Assembly (NCBI GenBank): GCA_965207075.1
Contig: CBDBLO010000002.1
Location: 1,888,001-1,952,000, forward strand
DNA: 64,000 nt
Reading direction: 5' to 3'
DNA from: Nitrosopumilus sp.
Lineage (GTDB): Archaea > Thermoproteota > Nitrososphaeria > Nitrososphaerales > Nitrosopumilaceae
Made by a program: the position numbers and the translations under genes. Shown one piece after another: positions 50,001-58,741 of this stretch; within the stretch, counting starts at the first letter, position 1; each line of letters opens with the position of its first letter. The notes under the pieces are model-generated. The model saw only the letters and a program-made list of their open reading frames with translations, had not been told where the DNA came from and did not search any database.

Positions 50001-50563
50001 TGGATCCTGGAACCGCCATAACATTCATGAACACCGACGATGCGGCCCACACGCTTACTGCCGGTACAGCGATAGACGGACTCAGCGGTACGTTTGACAG
50101 TGGGCTTGTTATGCCGGGCGGGTCATACACATTCAGCCTTGACTCCTCAGGTACATACGATTGGTACTGTCTAGTGCATCCTTGGCGCACGGGACAGATC
50201 ATAGTAGGAGATCCGCCAGCTCCACGAGGACCAGAACCAAATCAAGACGTGCCACGGACACCAACAGATACAATAGAGCCAATGCCGGGCTCATCAACTG
50301 TGGGATGCGAGGCAACCATTGAGGGTTGCTCAATACCCGGGATATTGACCGTGGATCCTGGAACCGCCATAACATTCATGAACACCGACGATGCGGCCCA
50401 CACGCTTACTGCCGGTACAGCGATAGACGGACTCAGCGGTACGTTTGACAGTGGGCTTGTTATGCCGGGCGGGTCATACACATTCAGCCTTGACTCCTCA
50501 GGTACATACGATTGGTACTGTCTAGTGCATCCTTGGCGCACGGGACAGATCATAGTGGAATAG
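47024..50563 (+). CDS. Secreted multidomain protein: Ig-like repeats, metzincin protease domain, three cupredoxin domains
   Basis: Signal peptide ending AEA; four Asp-rich beta repeats; HEFIHAVGVGH followed by a Met-turn; three AHT...YCLVHPW domains. Confidence 0.85.
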   Translation: MDIRHVVLMPIACALVFSLANYAEAQTYTGVLVLDPIASKINTGSTVIFSGQLSTTSGHAIQDATIYIKDDVSFGRDDVIGTLTTDDNGEFYGTWTAQPRSSGAWDFYAEYEGSSQVTEARSATYSVQISSSGSTHVTLDRIPSSVYAGDSVTFTGTLTSGGSPLSGRTVWIYEDDFGPDDPLASGTTDNAGRFSIKWTANAGTVNTGSEEIYAKFFGDGQHSGDESPRQTTSVYDKRGSSLTLDPIPNRVYAGDTVTFTGTLTGGGSPLSGRTVAIYDDDTLRPDDYLARGTTDNAGRFSIDWKVEAGTVEIEFDIYAEFDGDGKYSDDQSRRQPMNVYKRGGSLTLDPIQTSAALGEAIPLSGTLMLDGRSPEGSIVYIKDDDTLGFDDLLATAYVDSSGRFATYWIVEDVDTFDYTIEIQAVFEGDDLYRRLATPIEELDIDPLAPAPGPTDPLAPAPGPTEGEGYMELYYSLDFERAPRMLIVPSPYSYDEVREYIYPVREGIQLLTSMLEQEYGDGNWNVGVEVVAPGERTTHKPDIIVNVVTSDDDYECRDTVLGYALLTGHKPVQAAVCYKDGRTNKDVEATAVHEFIHAVGVGHTFNIRGDRMCSVEDGVPTCPDLRSRSKTPSGLNLAAIVAIYGTDGFQNPNNNHVSWGEKLTVADYRSNKHLSSLQNQNSPAAVTGFDATPTAPIGAPMPPLERVFVPDLWIMDVSGNALDTISTNQQVQIASGLTNRQDRTQTFVYLVQISDSDGITMALAGISGTLEAGQTLRPSVSWVPTEAGTYSATAFVWESADNPAALSPPVTSTVIVTFPPLTTEPPVTSDPPAPRGPEPNQDVPRTPTDTIEPMPGSSTVGCEATIEGCSIPGILTVDPGTAITFMNTDDAAHTLTAGTAIDGLSGTFDSGLVMPGGSYTFSLDSSGTYDWYCLVHPWRTGQIIVGDPPAPRGPEPNQDVPRTPTDTIEPMPGSSTVGCEATIEGCSIPGILTVDPGTAITFMNTDDAAHTLTAGTAIDGLSGTFDSGLVMPGGSYTFSLDSSGTYDWYCLVHPWRTGQIIVGDPPAPRGPEPNQDVPRTPTDTIEPMPGSSTVGCEATIEGCSIPGILTVDPGTAITFMNTDDAAHTLTAGTAIDGLSGTFDSGLVMPGGSYTFSLDSSGTYDWYCLVHPWRTGQIIVE
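49508..50556. repeat. Three apparently identical 351-bp tandem repeats (cupredoxin domains)
   Basis: Units start at 49508, 49859 and 50210. Confidence 0.95.
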
Positions 50564-50709
50564 TTTTGACTCGAACTTTAGCGTCCAAACTCGTGCCTGC
50601 CAACATGCAGGTTCAAGAGCAAATGGAGTTTAATCCTGCTGGTTGGGATCGAGATACTTCCGATTCGAACTCTGCAAGAAGTGGATTGAGACGTCAGATA
50701 CGCTAGCTA

Positions 50710-51803
50710 TAGTGACGATCAAAAGTTTTTGCTGGGCAGAGACGTTCTATTGATGAATTTCATTGCATCGAGTTTGGGGCGCGCCGTCCTAAAATACTCT
50801 GACAAGGCACGGCGCATATGCACCACCGTCGAGTAATATTCGCTGACCAGCAGATCACGCTTTGACTGGTGCCAGTACTCCTCGACCACGCTGAGTTCCG
50901 GCGTCGCCTTGGGAAGCCATATGATCCTCGCGTTTGGCTCCCCCTCCAGGTATTCCCGTACGATTCTGGCCTTGTGCTGCGGCGCATTGTCCATGATTAC
51001 CGCGGTCCTGCCAAAGTGGCCGACCAGCGCCTTCAGGTACTTCAGGAACGTCTCCTTGTCGAATCCCTTGTACGTCCTGACAAACTGCCTGCCGTCCGTC
51101 GTGAGCGCGCCGTACGCCACTACCCTGTCGTGGCTTCCATTGTATGCGGTTATGACGGGGACGCCCCTCGGCGACCAGTATTTCACGCCGCTTCCCGGGT
51201 CGTTGATGAATATGGACTCGTCAACGACCGCGGTGACAAATCCCCGCGATTTCAGGTACGCGATCCGCCTTTTTGTGTCCCGCTGCCACTCCCTGATCTC
51301 CTCCATCTCCGCCCGGTTGACGTGCACCGCCTGGGACGTCTTGGCCGACATGCCGAGCCTGTGCATTATCTTCCTGACGTTTGTTATGTGGTACTCCACC
51401 CCGTGCCTTTCGCGTATGGCATTCTTGAGCACCCTTGGCGTCGTGATGCCGCCTCCTCCCGCAACGATCTTCCTGATCCTCTTCATCGCCACCTTTGGAG
51501 GCCTGCCCGAACGGGGCCTGTCCTTCAGGCCTGCAAGGCCGTCCTTGTCAAAGCGCCGAACCCAGCTGGAGACGGTGCGCGCGTCGCAGTAGCACAGCGA
51601 GGCGACCTCGGATGCCTTCAATCCGTTGATCTTGACCATGCAGACTGCGTGGATCCTATTTCCTATGAGGTGGTCTTTTTCTGCCTTGTAGGCCCGAATG
51701 AGCAGGTCCCTGTCTTTCTCATCCATGCCGGGCGATGTGTTCGGTGATCAAAAAAGGTTGCGCACACAGTTCTGACAGCCGCGAAGACTTTTGCGTCACA
51801 CTA
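50710..51803. mobile_element. IS630-family insertion sequence
   Basis: Imperfect TIRs TAGTG-N5-CAAAAGT; TA duplication at 50708-50709 and 51804-51805 within a CTAG target. Confidence 0.9.
50719..51726 (-). CDS. IS630-family transposase
   Basis: HTH plus RSGRP; DES, MDNAPQH and LPKATPELSVVE (DDE triad). Confidence 0.93.
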   Translation of the reverse strand: MDEKDRDLLIRAYKAEKDHLIGNRIHAVCMVKINGLKASEVASLCYCDARTVSSWVRRFDKDGLAGLKDRPRSGRPPKVAMKRIRKIVAGGGGITTPRVLKNAIRERHGVEYHITNVRKIMHRLGMSAKTSQAVHVNRAEMEEIREWQRDTKRRIAYLKSRGFVTAVVDESIFINDPGSGVKYWSPRGVPVITAYNGSHDRVVAYGALTTDGRQFVRTYKGFDKETFLKYLKALVGHFGRTAVIMDNAPQHKARIVREYLEGEPNARIIWLPKATPELSVVEEYWHQSKRDLLVSEYYSTVVHMRRALSEYFRTARPKLDAMKFINRTSLPSKNF

Positions 51804-52755
51804 TAGACTACGACAGGATGAGGCTTGTGGGTGCCATGTTCATCACCCCGCCGTAAAATAGCAGGTCAAGTGACGGCCTTGACAGTCATACGTAACGTGT
51901 TGACGTCATCTCCCACACGCCGACACCTGAGACCCGTCCATGTCTCATGAGCAATGAAAAAGCTGGCGCGAAGAGCCCCAAGAACAGTTTCCATGTCCAG
52001 CGAACAATCGGCAATCCAGCCGTCCCGGGGCGAGGAAGCACAGGGCCAGGAACCGACAGATGACCGGTTCACACCAAAGAGATGCTTCGGATCATCCATA
52101 AAGCGTGAACTAAGAGAAGAAAGGATGGTGCCCGAGCGTATTCTCGATTTGCCCTTCTGAAGGGTACCGCGACTATGATGGGAAATTAGCCCGTCAAAGC
52201 ACTGCTGGGTTCTCTTCGCTTGGCGGGGGTGCTCTCCTGTGGGAAGGGCGTATTCGTGTACTCGCGGTTCAAATCCTACCCTCGGCGCCGCGTTCCACCA
52301 CCGGCTCTGATATTTTCCGAACCAGATCTGTCGTCACTCGATACATGACAGCCAAACCTCCTTGCCGATCCCATCATGACCCGGCCGGCCGTACGGTCTG
52401 GATCCTTGGGAGCGCACGGGTTGGCTCCGGACGAGACCCAAGGGAGCGCGGGTCGCTAGACTGAACACGCCGGATCGGACAATGCCCGCGTGAATGTCGT
52501 TGTTGCGCCCGTGAGTGGCCGGGGGGAGTGGGGAGAACGGGAGGCCGAAAAATCAGAGCCTCGTAGTTTTTCGCGCATGATCATGTGGATGTTGCCTATG
52601 CTGCCGGTTCCGATACCGTGGCCCCCAAAGGTCTTTCTGGATGCCGTCGCCAAGGCCAAGGCTCGTCGCGGAGGCCGATGCGGGATGAAGCCTGTTGACC
52701 CCGTTGGCTTGGTGTGGTTTTTCGCGGGCAGTCGGGACGATAGCCCCGACTGTAT

Positions 52756-52847
52756 GGTGGGAGGGGGCCGCCGCTAGGCGGCCCCCGTGATCTTCTGGGT
52801 TGTGTGTGAGTTGGTTCGTTTTGTTAGTCTATGAGCAAATGCGAGTC
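52756..52847. other. Conserved non-coding segment with GC hairpin (copy 2)
   Basis: GGGGGCCGCC-GCTA-GGCGGCCCCC at 52763-52786. Confidence 0.6.
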
Positions 52848-52918
52848 CGGTTGACAGCATAGATGGACATGAAGTGTCGATCTAGGATAACCAAAGTGAA
52901 TAATATGCATATGCCATA

Positions 52919-53038
52919 TGCATATCATGCATTATAGACATGCATGTTATGCATGCCCGAAGACCTTGAAAGTGCATATCATGCATGCCACAGATGCATA
53001 TCATGCACGTAAGATTGGCGGGACATGCATATCATGCA
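52919..53038. promoter_or_regulatory. Phased TGCATATCATGCA box array (copy 2)
   Basis: Boxes at 52919, 52941 (variant), 52973, 52995 and 53026. Confidence 0.8.
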
Positions 53039-53078
53039 CTTTTTTCTTGCCTTTTATGCATACGCGGGCCCATACTGC

Positions 53079-53426
53079 ATGGAACTGGAGGACATGCAGA
53101 GAAAGGTGCAGTTCCGGCAGGGCTCCTATATGGTGACCATCCCGCTCCAGATAGTCCACGCGCTTGGGATACGCAGGAACCAATACGTCCGGTTTGCCGT
53201 ATCAAAGAACAAGGTCATCATAAAGCCCGTCGAGGCGAGCATCACTAAGAAAGACGTGACGGAGGCAGACAGGGATTCTGCCGCGCTTGACAAGTACGAC
53301 GGGCCTCGGGCGGCGGATAACGAGGATGCCGGCTACATGGACGCTCTTGAAGAAGCCCTGTCTAAAAACAGGCCAGATGGCAACGGCGGCGCCAGCAGCC
53401 GCATGGAAAAGCTCAGGATGAGATGA
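53079..53426 (+). CDS. AbrB/MazE/SpoVT-fold DNA-binding protein (copy 2)
   Basis: N-terminal domain near-identical to 34814-35152; CTTTTATG box at 53051. Confidence 0.88.
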   Translation: MELEDMQRKVQFRQGSYMVTIPLQIVHALGIRRNQYVRFAVSKNKVIIKPVEASITKKDVTEADRDSAALDKYDGPRAADNEDAGYMDALEEALSKNRPDGNGGASSRMEKLRMR

Positions 53427-56400
53427 CTATCACAAAGACTCTCTTTTTTTGCTCCTCGTCTAGCCGGGCCCTGATGTCCTTTATCCGGGGGCTCTTGGAC
53501 CAGACGTGGCACTCGGCAAAGCCCATCTTGGCCCACTTTGTCATGTTGTACCTGACGTGCTCCGGGTGGCTCTGGACCTCGCTTACGGACTCGATCTCCA
53601 CCGATATCGGGGCCTCCTTGTCGTAATCGTACGCGACCAGGTCGGTCCGGTCGGTGCCCTTTTTGATGCGCTGCGACGCCATGGCCACGAACAGGCCCTG
53701 CTTGAGGTACGCCGCAACCGCCTTTTGCGCCACCTCCTCAACGTCTGATGCCGTGCCCACCTCCGTGTGGTCAAACTCAAAGTATGCCTTCACCGCTTTT
53801 TTTGACAGGATATATGGCGACGTGCGCACCGTGCCTGCGCGCTCGACCAGTCCCCTGCCTTCCATGTCCCGGAGGGCGGAGGCCACCTCGTCGCGGTTCT
53901 GTACCTGCAGATGGTCTGCAAGCTGTCCCTGCTGCATGTCCTCGTTTTTTAGTAGGCGCATGATTCCCCACTCCAGCCTGGAGGGCAGCTCAACTGTTAT
54001 GCTCTCAAGCCACCTGCTCTTCTCGCGGGCCGCCTGCGCCATGGCGTTTGGGCCCACGACACCGGCGCCGTACTTGGCCAGCTGCGCCTTGACATACCTG
54101 TCGTATTCCGCGTCCGTGACTATCATGTCTGGGGGCCTGGCAAGCCAGAACTGGACGGGCGGGGGCTGCTCCTGCCCCGGTGGCGCTTTCTCGCGCATGG
54201 TCCAGTGGAAGTACTCCTGGCTTGAGAGCTGCTGCTGCAGCGCCTTTTGGAACTGTGGATCCCAGATCTGCGCGATGCGGGAGGCATCCTTGCCGTTGAC
54301 CCTGCCCACCATCTGCGTGCCCGAGTTGCCCGTGATGAGCCCCAGCTGCTTGTCGCTGATCTGCTCGGTGGTCTGGTGTGACAGCACGAGCCCCAGCCCC
54401 AGAGACCTTGCCTGCTCGAGCATCAGCTGCAGCACCTGCAGATCCTTTACAATCTGGAACTCGTCGAGCGCGAGCACCACCTGCGTGCGCTCCGACTCGT
54501 CGGGCGTGCGGTTGGCGCGCTCCTGTATGGTGAACCACAGCTTCAGTATGAACGCCTGCATCGCCAGCGGCTGCACGTGGTGGGGAAGGTTCAGCGGCGA
54601 TATCCTGACAACGGTCTGGCGCCCCGGCTTGATCAGCTCGGCAAAATCCACCGTGCCCTGTCTTACCGAGAACATGCGCCGGAGTACGGGATCGGTTGCA
54701 AACTGCTCTATGCGGTTGAGCAGCGGCATGAACGCGTCGCCCTTGAGGGTGGCGATGCTGTCGAGCGCCTGCCTCATCTCGGGCTCTGGGGTGCCGTACG
54801 CCTGTATGATCTCGGGCATGGCCTGCTGCCCGCTGTCCTGGAGCCTGAGTATGATGTGGTGTATGTCAAGGAACGTGGGCGCGTCGTGCCTTACGTATAT
54901 GTAAAACAAGAGGGCGCGGAAGATGCGCTCCATCTGCACGTAGCTTGCAGACTGCTGGTACCACTCCTCTATCGTCTTCATGAAGTATCCGACGTGCCTG
55001 GACACGACCTCCTCGCGCTCCCACGGCGAGTGCGCGGGCAGCTCCAGCGGGTTTATCGAAAACTTGGTCTGCTGCGGGTCCAGAAAGTGGACGCGCCCCC
55101 CGGACACGGAGCCGGCGCCGCACTGCCTGACGAACTTGTGGGAGTCGTCCCCCTTCGGATCCACGTATATGAACGCGTTGCACGCGGTCCCGTTCTCATT
55201 CCACGCCTCCAGGTGCTTTGCGATGACCCTGATCAGCGAGGTCTTGCCGGAGCCGGACGCGCCGACCGCATACACGTGGGTGGCGAAGTCCGCGGGCGAT
55301 ATCACCGCGGCGTCCGCGTCCTTGGAGGGAACCGCGGCGCCCCATGTCTCGCTCCAGTCAAATCCTGCCGGCTTGGGCCTGAAGAACCCCAGCGGCGCGC
55401 CCGCCTTTGCAGACGATTTCGAGGGGATTGTAACGCCTCTCGTGGCCTCTAGGTTCGGGATGTCCACCGGATCCGGCAGGTGCACGAGCAGCGGGATCTC
55501 CGGCAGGTTCAGTATGAGGAACGGCAGCGGCGGGCGGTCGCGGTACCCACCCAGCAGCCCCTTGTCAAAGTACCGTTTTAGCGCGGCGCCCAGCAATTTG
55601 TCGGGGTCCGGCAGCAGCCTGCGCCCGAACACGTCCATGCGCGGGCACCGCTCCTCGCTGTCAGTTATGCGGACCTCCACCCTCCTTGGCTTTTTCTCGT
55701 CCCAGAAATCCCGGTTCCTGTATGGAAACTTGGTCAGGTGCTCGTGCCCCGAGAACACGTTCTCCACCGGGAGGGACTCGATCTCGTCAAAGTTGAGGTT
55801 GATCTCGCGGTCTCCCCTTATGATGCCCCGGACGCTCATTATTACCTGGGCGGACTGCGTCTTGAGCGTGGCGTGCTTTTGGAGACCCGCGTAGTTGTTG
55901 GCAAAGTCGTACCCCAGCTCCGGGTGGTCGTGCGGCTTTTTGTCCGAAAGCGTGATGAGCTCGGCCGTGCTGAGGTAGTTGCCCCGCTTGATCTCAAGCG
56001 ATCTGGCGTCGAGGCGGCCCACGTGCCCGCGCAGAAAGGAGTCAAAGGAGTGGCGCCTGAACACGAACTGTATCCAGGCGCTCCTGGACAGCTGGGTCAG
56101 CCTTGCCACCCTGCTCATGAGGTGGTGCGCCCTGGCCCTGTCAAAGACGGTCGAGTAGTGCCCGTGGCGCGTGCCCACGTCGAATATCTGGCAGTCCGGC
56201 CCCGGCGGCCCGAACCAGTCCGGCTCGGTCTTCCCCATTGCGGAGAATGACGCGTTCGGGTACATGTTCAAGAACGCCTGCTTGTAGGCGTCCAGGTCGC
56301 CCTCCTCCGCCACCAGGACGAACTCCATCCTCTTCTCCACAGCATCCCACCACACCTCAAAGCTGCGGGTGCGGGTGCCGGCAAGGTCGCCTGCGGCCAG

Positions 56401-56547
56401 CACGGCCTTTTTTGCGTCCATCTCGATCGGTATCATGACCGAGCAGGCGGCCAGCCTGCCGGTCCCGGCCGCAAGGAAGTGTTTCGTGCGGTCCAGCTGC
56501 CCCTCGGGCTTTTTGCGGTTGGCCAGGCGCCAGCGTCTTGATCCCAT
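53413..56547 (-). CDS. VirD4/TrwB/HerA-like ATPase with wHTH and PD-(D/E)xK-like domain (copy 2)
   Basis: Full-length close paralogue of 31690-34827. Confidence 0.82.
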   Translation of the reverse strand: MGSRRWRLANRKKPEGQLDRTKHFLAAGTGRLAACSVMIPIEMDAKKAVLAAGDLAGTRTRSFEVWWDAVEKRMEFVLVAEEGDLDAYKQAFLNMYPNASFSAMGKTEPDWFGPPGPDCQIFDVGTRHGHYSTVFDRARAHHLMSRVARLTQLSRSAWIQFVFRRHSFDSFLRGHVGRLDARSLEIKRGNYLSTAELITLSDKKPHDHPELGYDFANNYAGLQKHATLKTQSAQVIMSVRGIIRGDREINLNFDEIESLPVENVFSGHEHLTKFPYRNRDFWDEKKPRRVEVRITDSEERCPRMDVFGRRLLPDPDKLLGAALKRYFDKGLLGGYRDRPPLPFLILNLPEIPLLVHLPDPVDIPNLEATRGVTIPSKSSAKAGAPLGFFRPKPAGFDWSETWGAAVPSKDADAAVISPADFATHVYAVGASGSGKTSLIRVIAKHLEAWNENGTACNAFIYVDPKGDDSHKFVRQCGAGSVSGGRVHFLDPQQTKFSINPLELPAHSPWEREEVVSRHVGYFMKTIEEWYQQSASYVQMERIFRALLFYIYVRHDAPTFLDIHHIILRLQDSGQQAMPEIIQAYGTPEPEMRQALDSIATLKGDAFMPLLNRIEQFATDPVLRRMFSVRQGTVDFAELIKPGRQTVVRISPLNLPHHVQPLAMQAFILKLWFTIQERANRTPDESERTQVVLALDEFQIVKDLQVLQLMLEQARSLGLGLVLSHQTTEQISDKQLGLITGNSGTQMVGRVNGKDASRIAQIWDPQFQKALQQQLSSQEYFHWTMREKAPPGQEQPPPVQFWLARPPDMIVTDAEYDRYVKAQLAKYGAGVVGPNAMAQAAREKSRWLESITVELPSRLEWGIMRLLKNEDMQQGQLADHLQVQNRDEVASALRDMEGRGLVERAGTVRTSPYILSKKAVKAYFEFDHTEVGTASDVEEVAQKAVAAYLKQGLFVAMASQRIKKGTDRTDLVAYDYDKEAPISVEIESVSEVQSHPEHVRYNMTKWAKMGFAECHVWSKSPRIKDIRARLDEEQKKRVFVIVISS

Positions 56548-56584
56548 CAGCCGGTCACCTGTCCGTATTTCAGATGCATCGCAG

Positions 56585-57433
56585 TCACTCCACCAGCAGC
56601 TTGTAGAGGCCCGCTGCGTTGCTCATGACCGGGTCGGCCGGCACGCTGATCTTGAACCTCTTTTTGAGCCTCGACTCCAGCTCGTCGCGCACCCCCGGGA
56701 TGAGCAGCCCGCCGCCTGAAAGCACGACATCGTACGCGTGGCCGTACCCGGAGGACATGTCCGCTATCTCGTCTGCCAGGTTGCCTGCAAGCACCCTTGC
56801 GTATTTTTTGCACGTCTCCCTGCGCCGGTGCAGCAAGTCCTTGTCCAGATGCGCAAACTTGCCTATCTTGCGAGTTATGAATTCCGAGGCCCACCGGGAG
56901 CTCTCCCCGTCGATCACCTGGTTGTCCTCTATAACCACGATCTCGCTGGTTCCCTGCCCTATGGAGACCACCATGCCGGTGCTCCGGTCCATCTCGACCA
57001 GCGTCCCCACGGCCTGGGCCACCACGTCACACCGGTCCGCCGGGACGCACCTTTTGACCGTCTTGGATATGGCCTCGCGGCAGTCTGAGGCCTCGTACGG
57101 CAGGCCCACGGCCATCCTGGCCTTTTCATTGCAGTCCGCGGCGCGGCCTGCCGCGACGCGGATCCGGGACACTGCCTCCCGGATCAGCATCTCCACCTGC
57201 TTCTGGTACCTGGGATCGGGCCTCCCGCGTACGATGGGCCGCACGGTGGCCGCCCCTGCAGTATGCAGCATCTTGGTTGCCCTCTCGCCTATGGCCTCGG
57301 AATCCGCGTCGGCCCAGTCCCCGTGCGTCCTCTTGACGTACAGCGACGGGAACACAACGGAGCCGTGGTCTGAGACGCACTTTACAAAGCCGGTCCCGAT
57401 GTCAAGCCCTATCCTTAGCACGCCGTCAGACAC
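56585..57433 (-). CDS. ParM/StbA-like actin-fold ATPase (copy 2)
   Basis: Close paralogue of 30804-31652 with the same length from the equivalent start. Confidence 0.85.
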   Translation of the reverse strand: MSDGVLRIGLDIGTGFVKCVSDHGSVVFPSLYVKRTHGDWADADSEAIGERATKMLHTAGAATVRPIVRGRPDPRYQKQVEMLIREAVSRIRVAAGRAADCNEKARMAVGLPYEASDCREAISKTVKRCVPADRCDVVAQAVGTLVEMDRSTGMVVSIGQGTSEIVVIEDNQVIDGESSRWASEFITRKIGKFAHLDKDLLHRRRETCKKYARVLAGNLADEIADMSSGYGHAYDVVLSGGGLLIPGVRDELESRLKKRFKISVPADPVMSNAAGLYKLLVE

Positions 57434-57699
57434 GCGGGATGCATAAAAGGCGGATTTTTCGCAGAATGGCAACCGCCTGAGAAGCCGCGCAGAACACAAG
57501 ACGCTTCCAGCGCACACAGTTGCTTGGGCGGTACGGCATGCCAGGGTCCGTCAGACCAACTGCCAGCCAGTGATGCTCCAAGAGAACCACTCGCAACCGG
57601 GCCAAGCGAGGCCAGCTCTGGATAGTTGCTACAGGCGCCTGTCAAGACGCCGGATATACAACGATCCAAGCGTGCACGCACGACGCACAAGAGAGGTCA

Positions 57700-57975
57700 G
57701 GACCGCAGAATTCCACATGCATAGCCATCCCTCGAGCATAGCCACGCCGGGCGTCTACTACAGTTACCCGCAAACTGTCATAAAGATCTATGACAGTTTG
57801 CGGGTAACCGCCACCGCGTGCGCTAGTCATGCCGCCGCGAAAGAGATCAAGACTGCCGAATGCCCCGCGCATGGTCATCTCGCGAGCATAGCCACGCCAG
57901 ACGTCGACTATACTTACCCGCAAACTTTCATAGAGCTCTATGAAAGTTTGCGGGTAACCGCCACCGCGTGCGCCA
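57700..57975. repeat. 150-bp direct repeat (2 copies), each carrying the long palindrome
   Basis: Palindromes at 57763-57808 and 57914-57957; the latter is a perfect 44-bp palindrome. Confidence 0.92.
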
Positions 57976-58168
57976 GCCAACCACCACACTGGCGTCCTTG
58001 CCGCATGCCGGTATAAGCACGCATGGAGGCATGCGCCAAACGTAGCCCATATCGTAACATGCCGGATTTCTGAGGCCCGTCCGCAACCCTTGCCCAAGAG
58101 GAGGTTGTTCGTGTCAGTAGTACCAAAGACCAAGCATGCAGTCGTACGCGCCGTTTGGCGCCGGTAAG

Positions 58169-58208
58169 TGTGAGATGGTAACAAAGATTTCTTTGTTACC
58201 ATCTCACA
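58169..58208. repeat. Second-type palindrome (19+2+19)
   Basis: TGTGAGATGGTAACAAAGA-TT-TCTTTGTTACCATCTCACA. Confidence 0.88.
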
Positions 58209-58741
58209 GTTATGGGGACGTAGGTGCGGGACTCGGGGCGATCCGTTCCGTCCAAGGCTGGGGCCCTGCCATTCCATGCCATGACGTCCTGCCATGACGT
58301 GTGGTCATACGGGACTGGTAACTTAGCGGGAGCTGGCTTCTCGTGGAAAGCGTTGGGAGCTGGCAAGGTACCGCTACAAGTTCGTGAGCTACACACAGCA
58401 GGCACAGCAGGCACAGGCACTACAGACAGGGGAAAAGGACGAGAAAGTGGGCTCCCGCTTTCATCAGAGTCAAATCCGTGGATTCGCAACGGAACACGAA
58501 TTGAGCTATATATACTCTTTCATTTAGCACTTAACTTAAATTGTTATTTCGATTAATTAATTTAGAATGGGAACAACCCGTATTAAGATTGGATCACTGG
58601 TGCTCTCGTCTGCAGAATTGGAGGCGCTTAGGACATTCCGAGACTACAAGCGCTTGCGCGACAATGCGGGCTGGCACGCCGAGAAAGTTACTTCATTGAA
58701 AGGTTTATTGGACAAGGATACTCCACTACAGAAGAAGAAGA

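Noticed and set aside
51810-52740. Short ORFs between the IS630 and the core module
   Set aside because: No convincing motif; probably decayed sequence.
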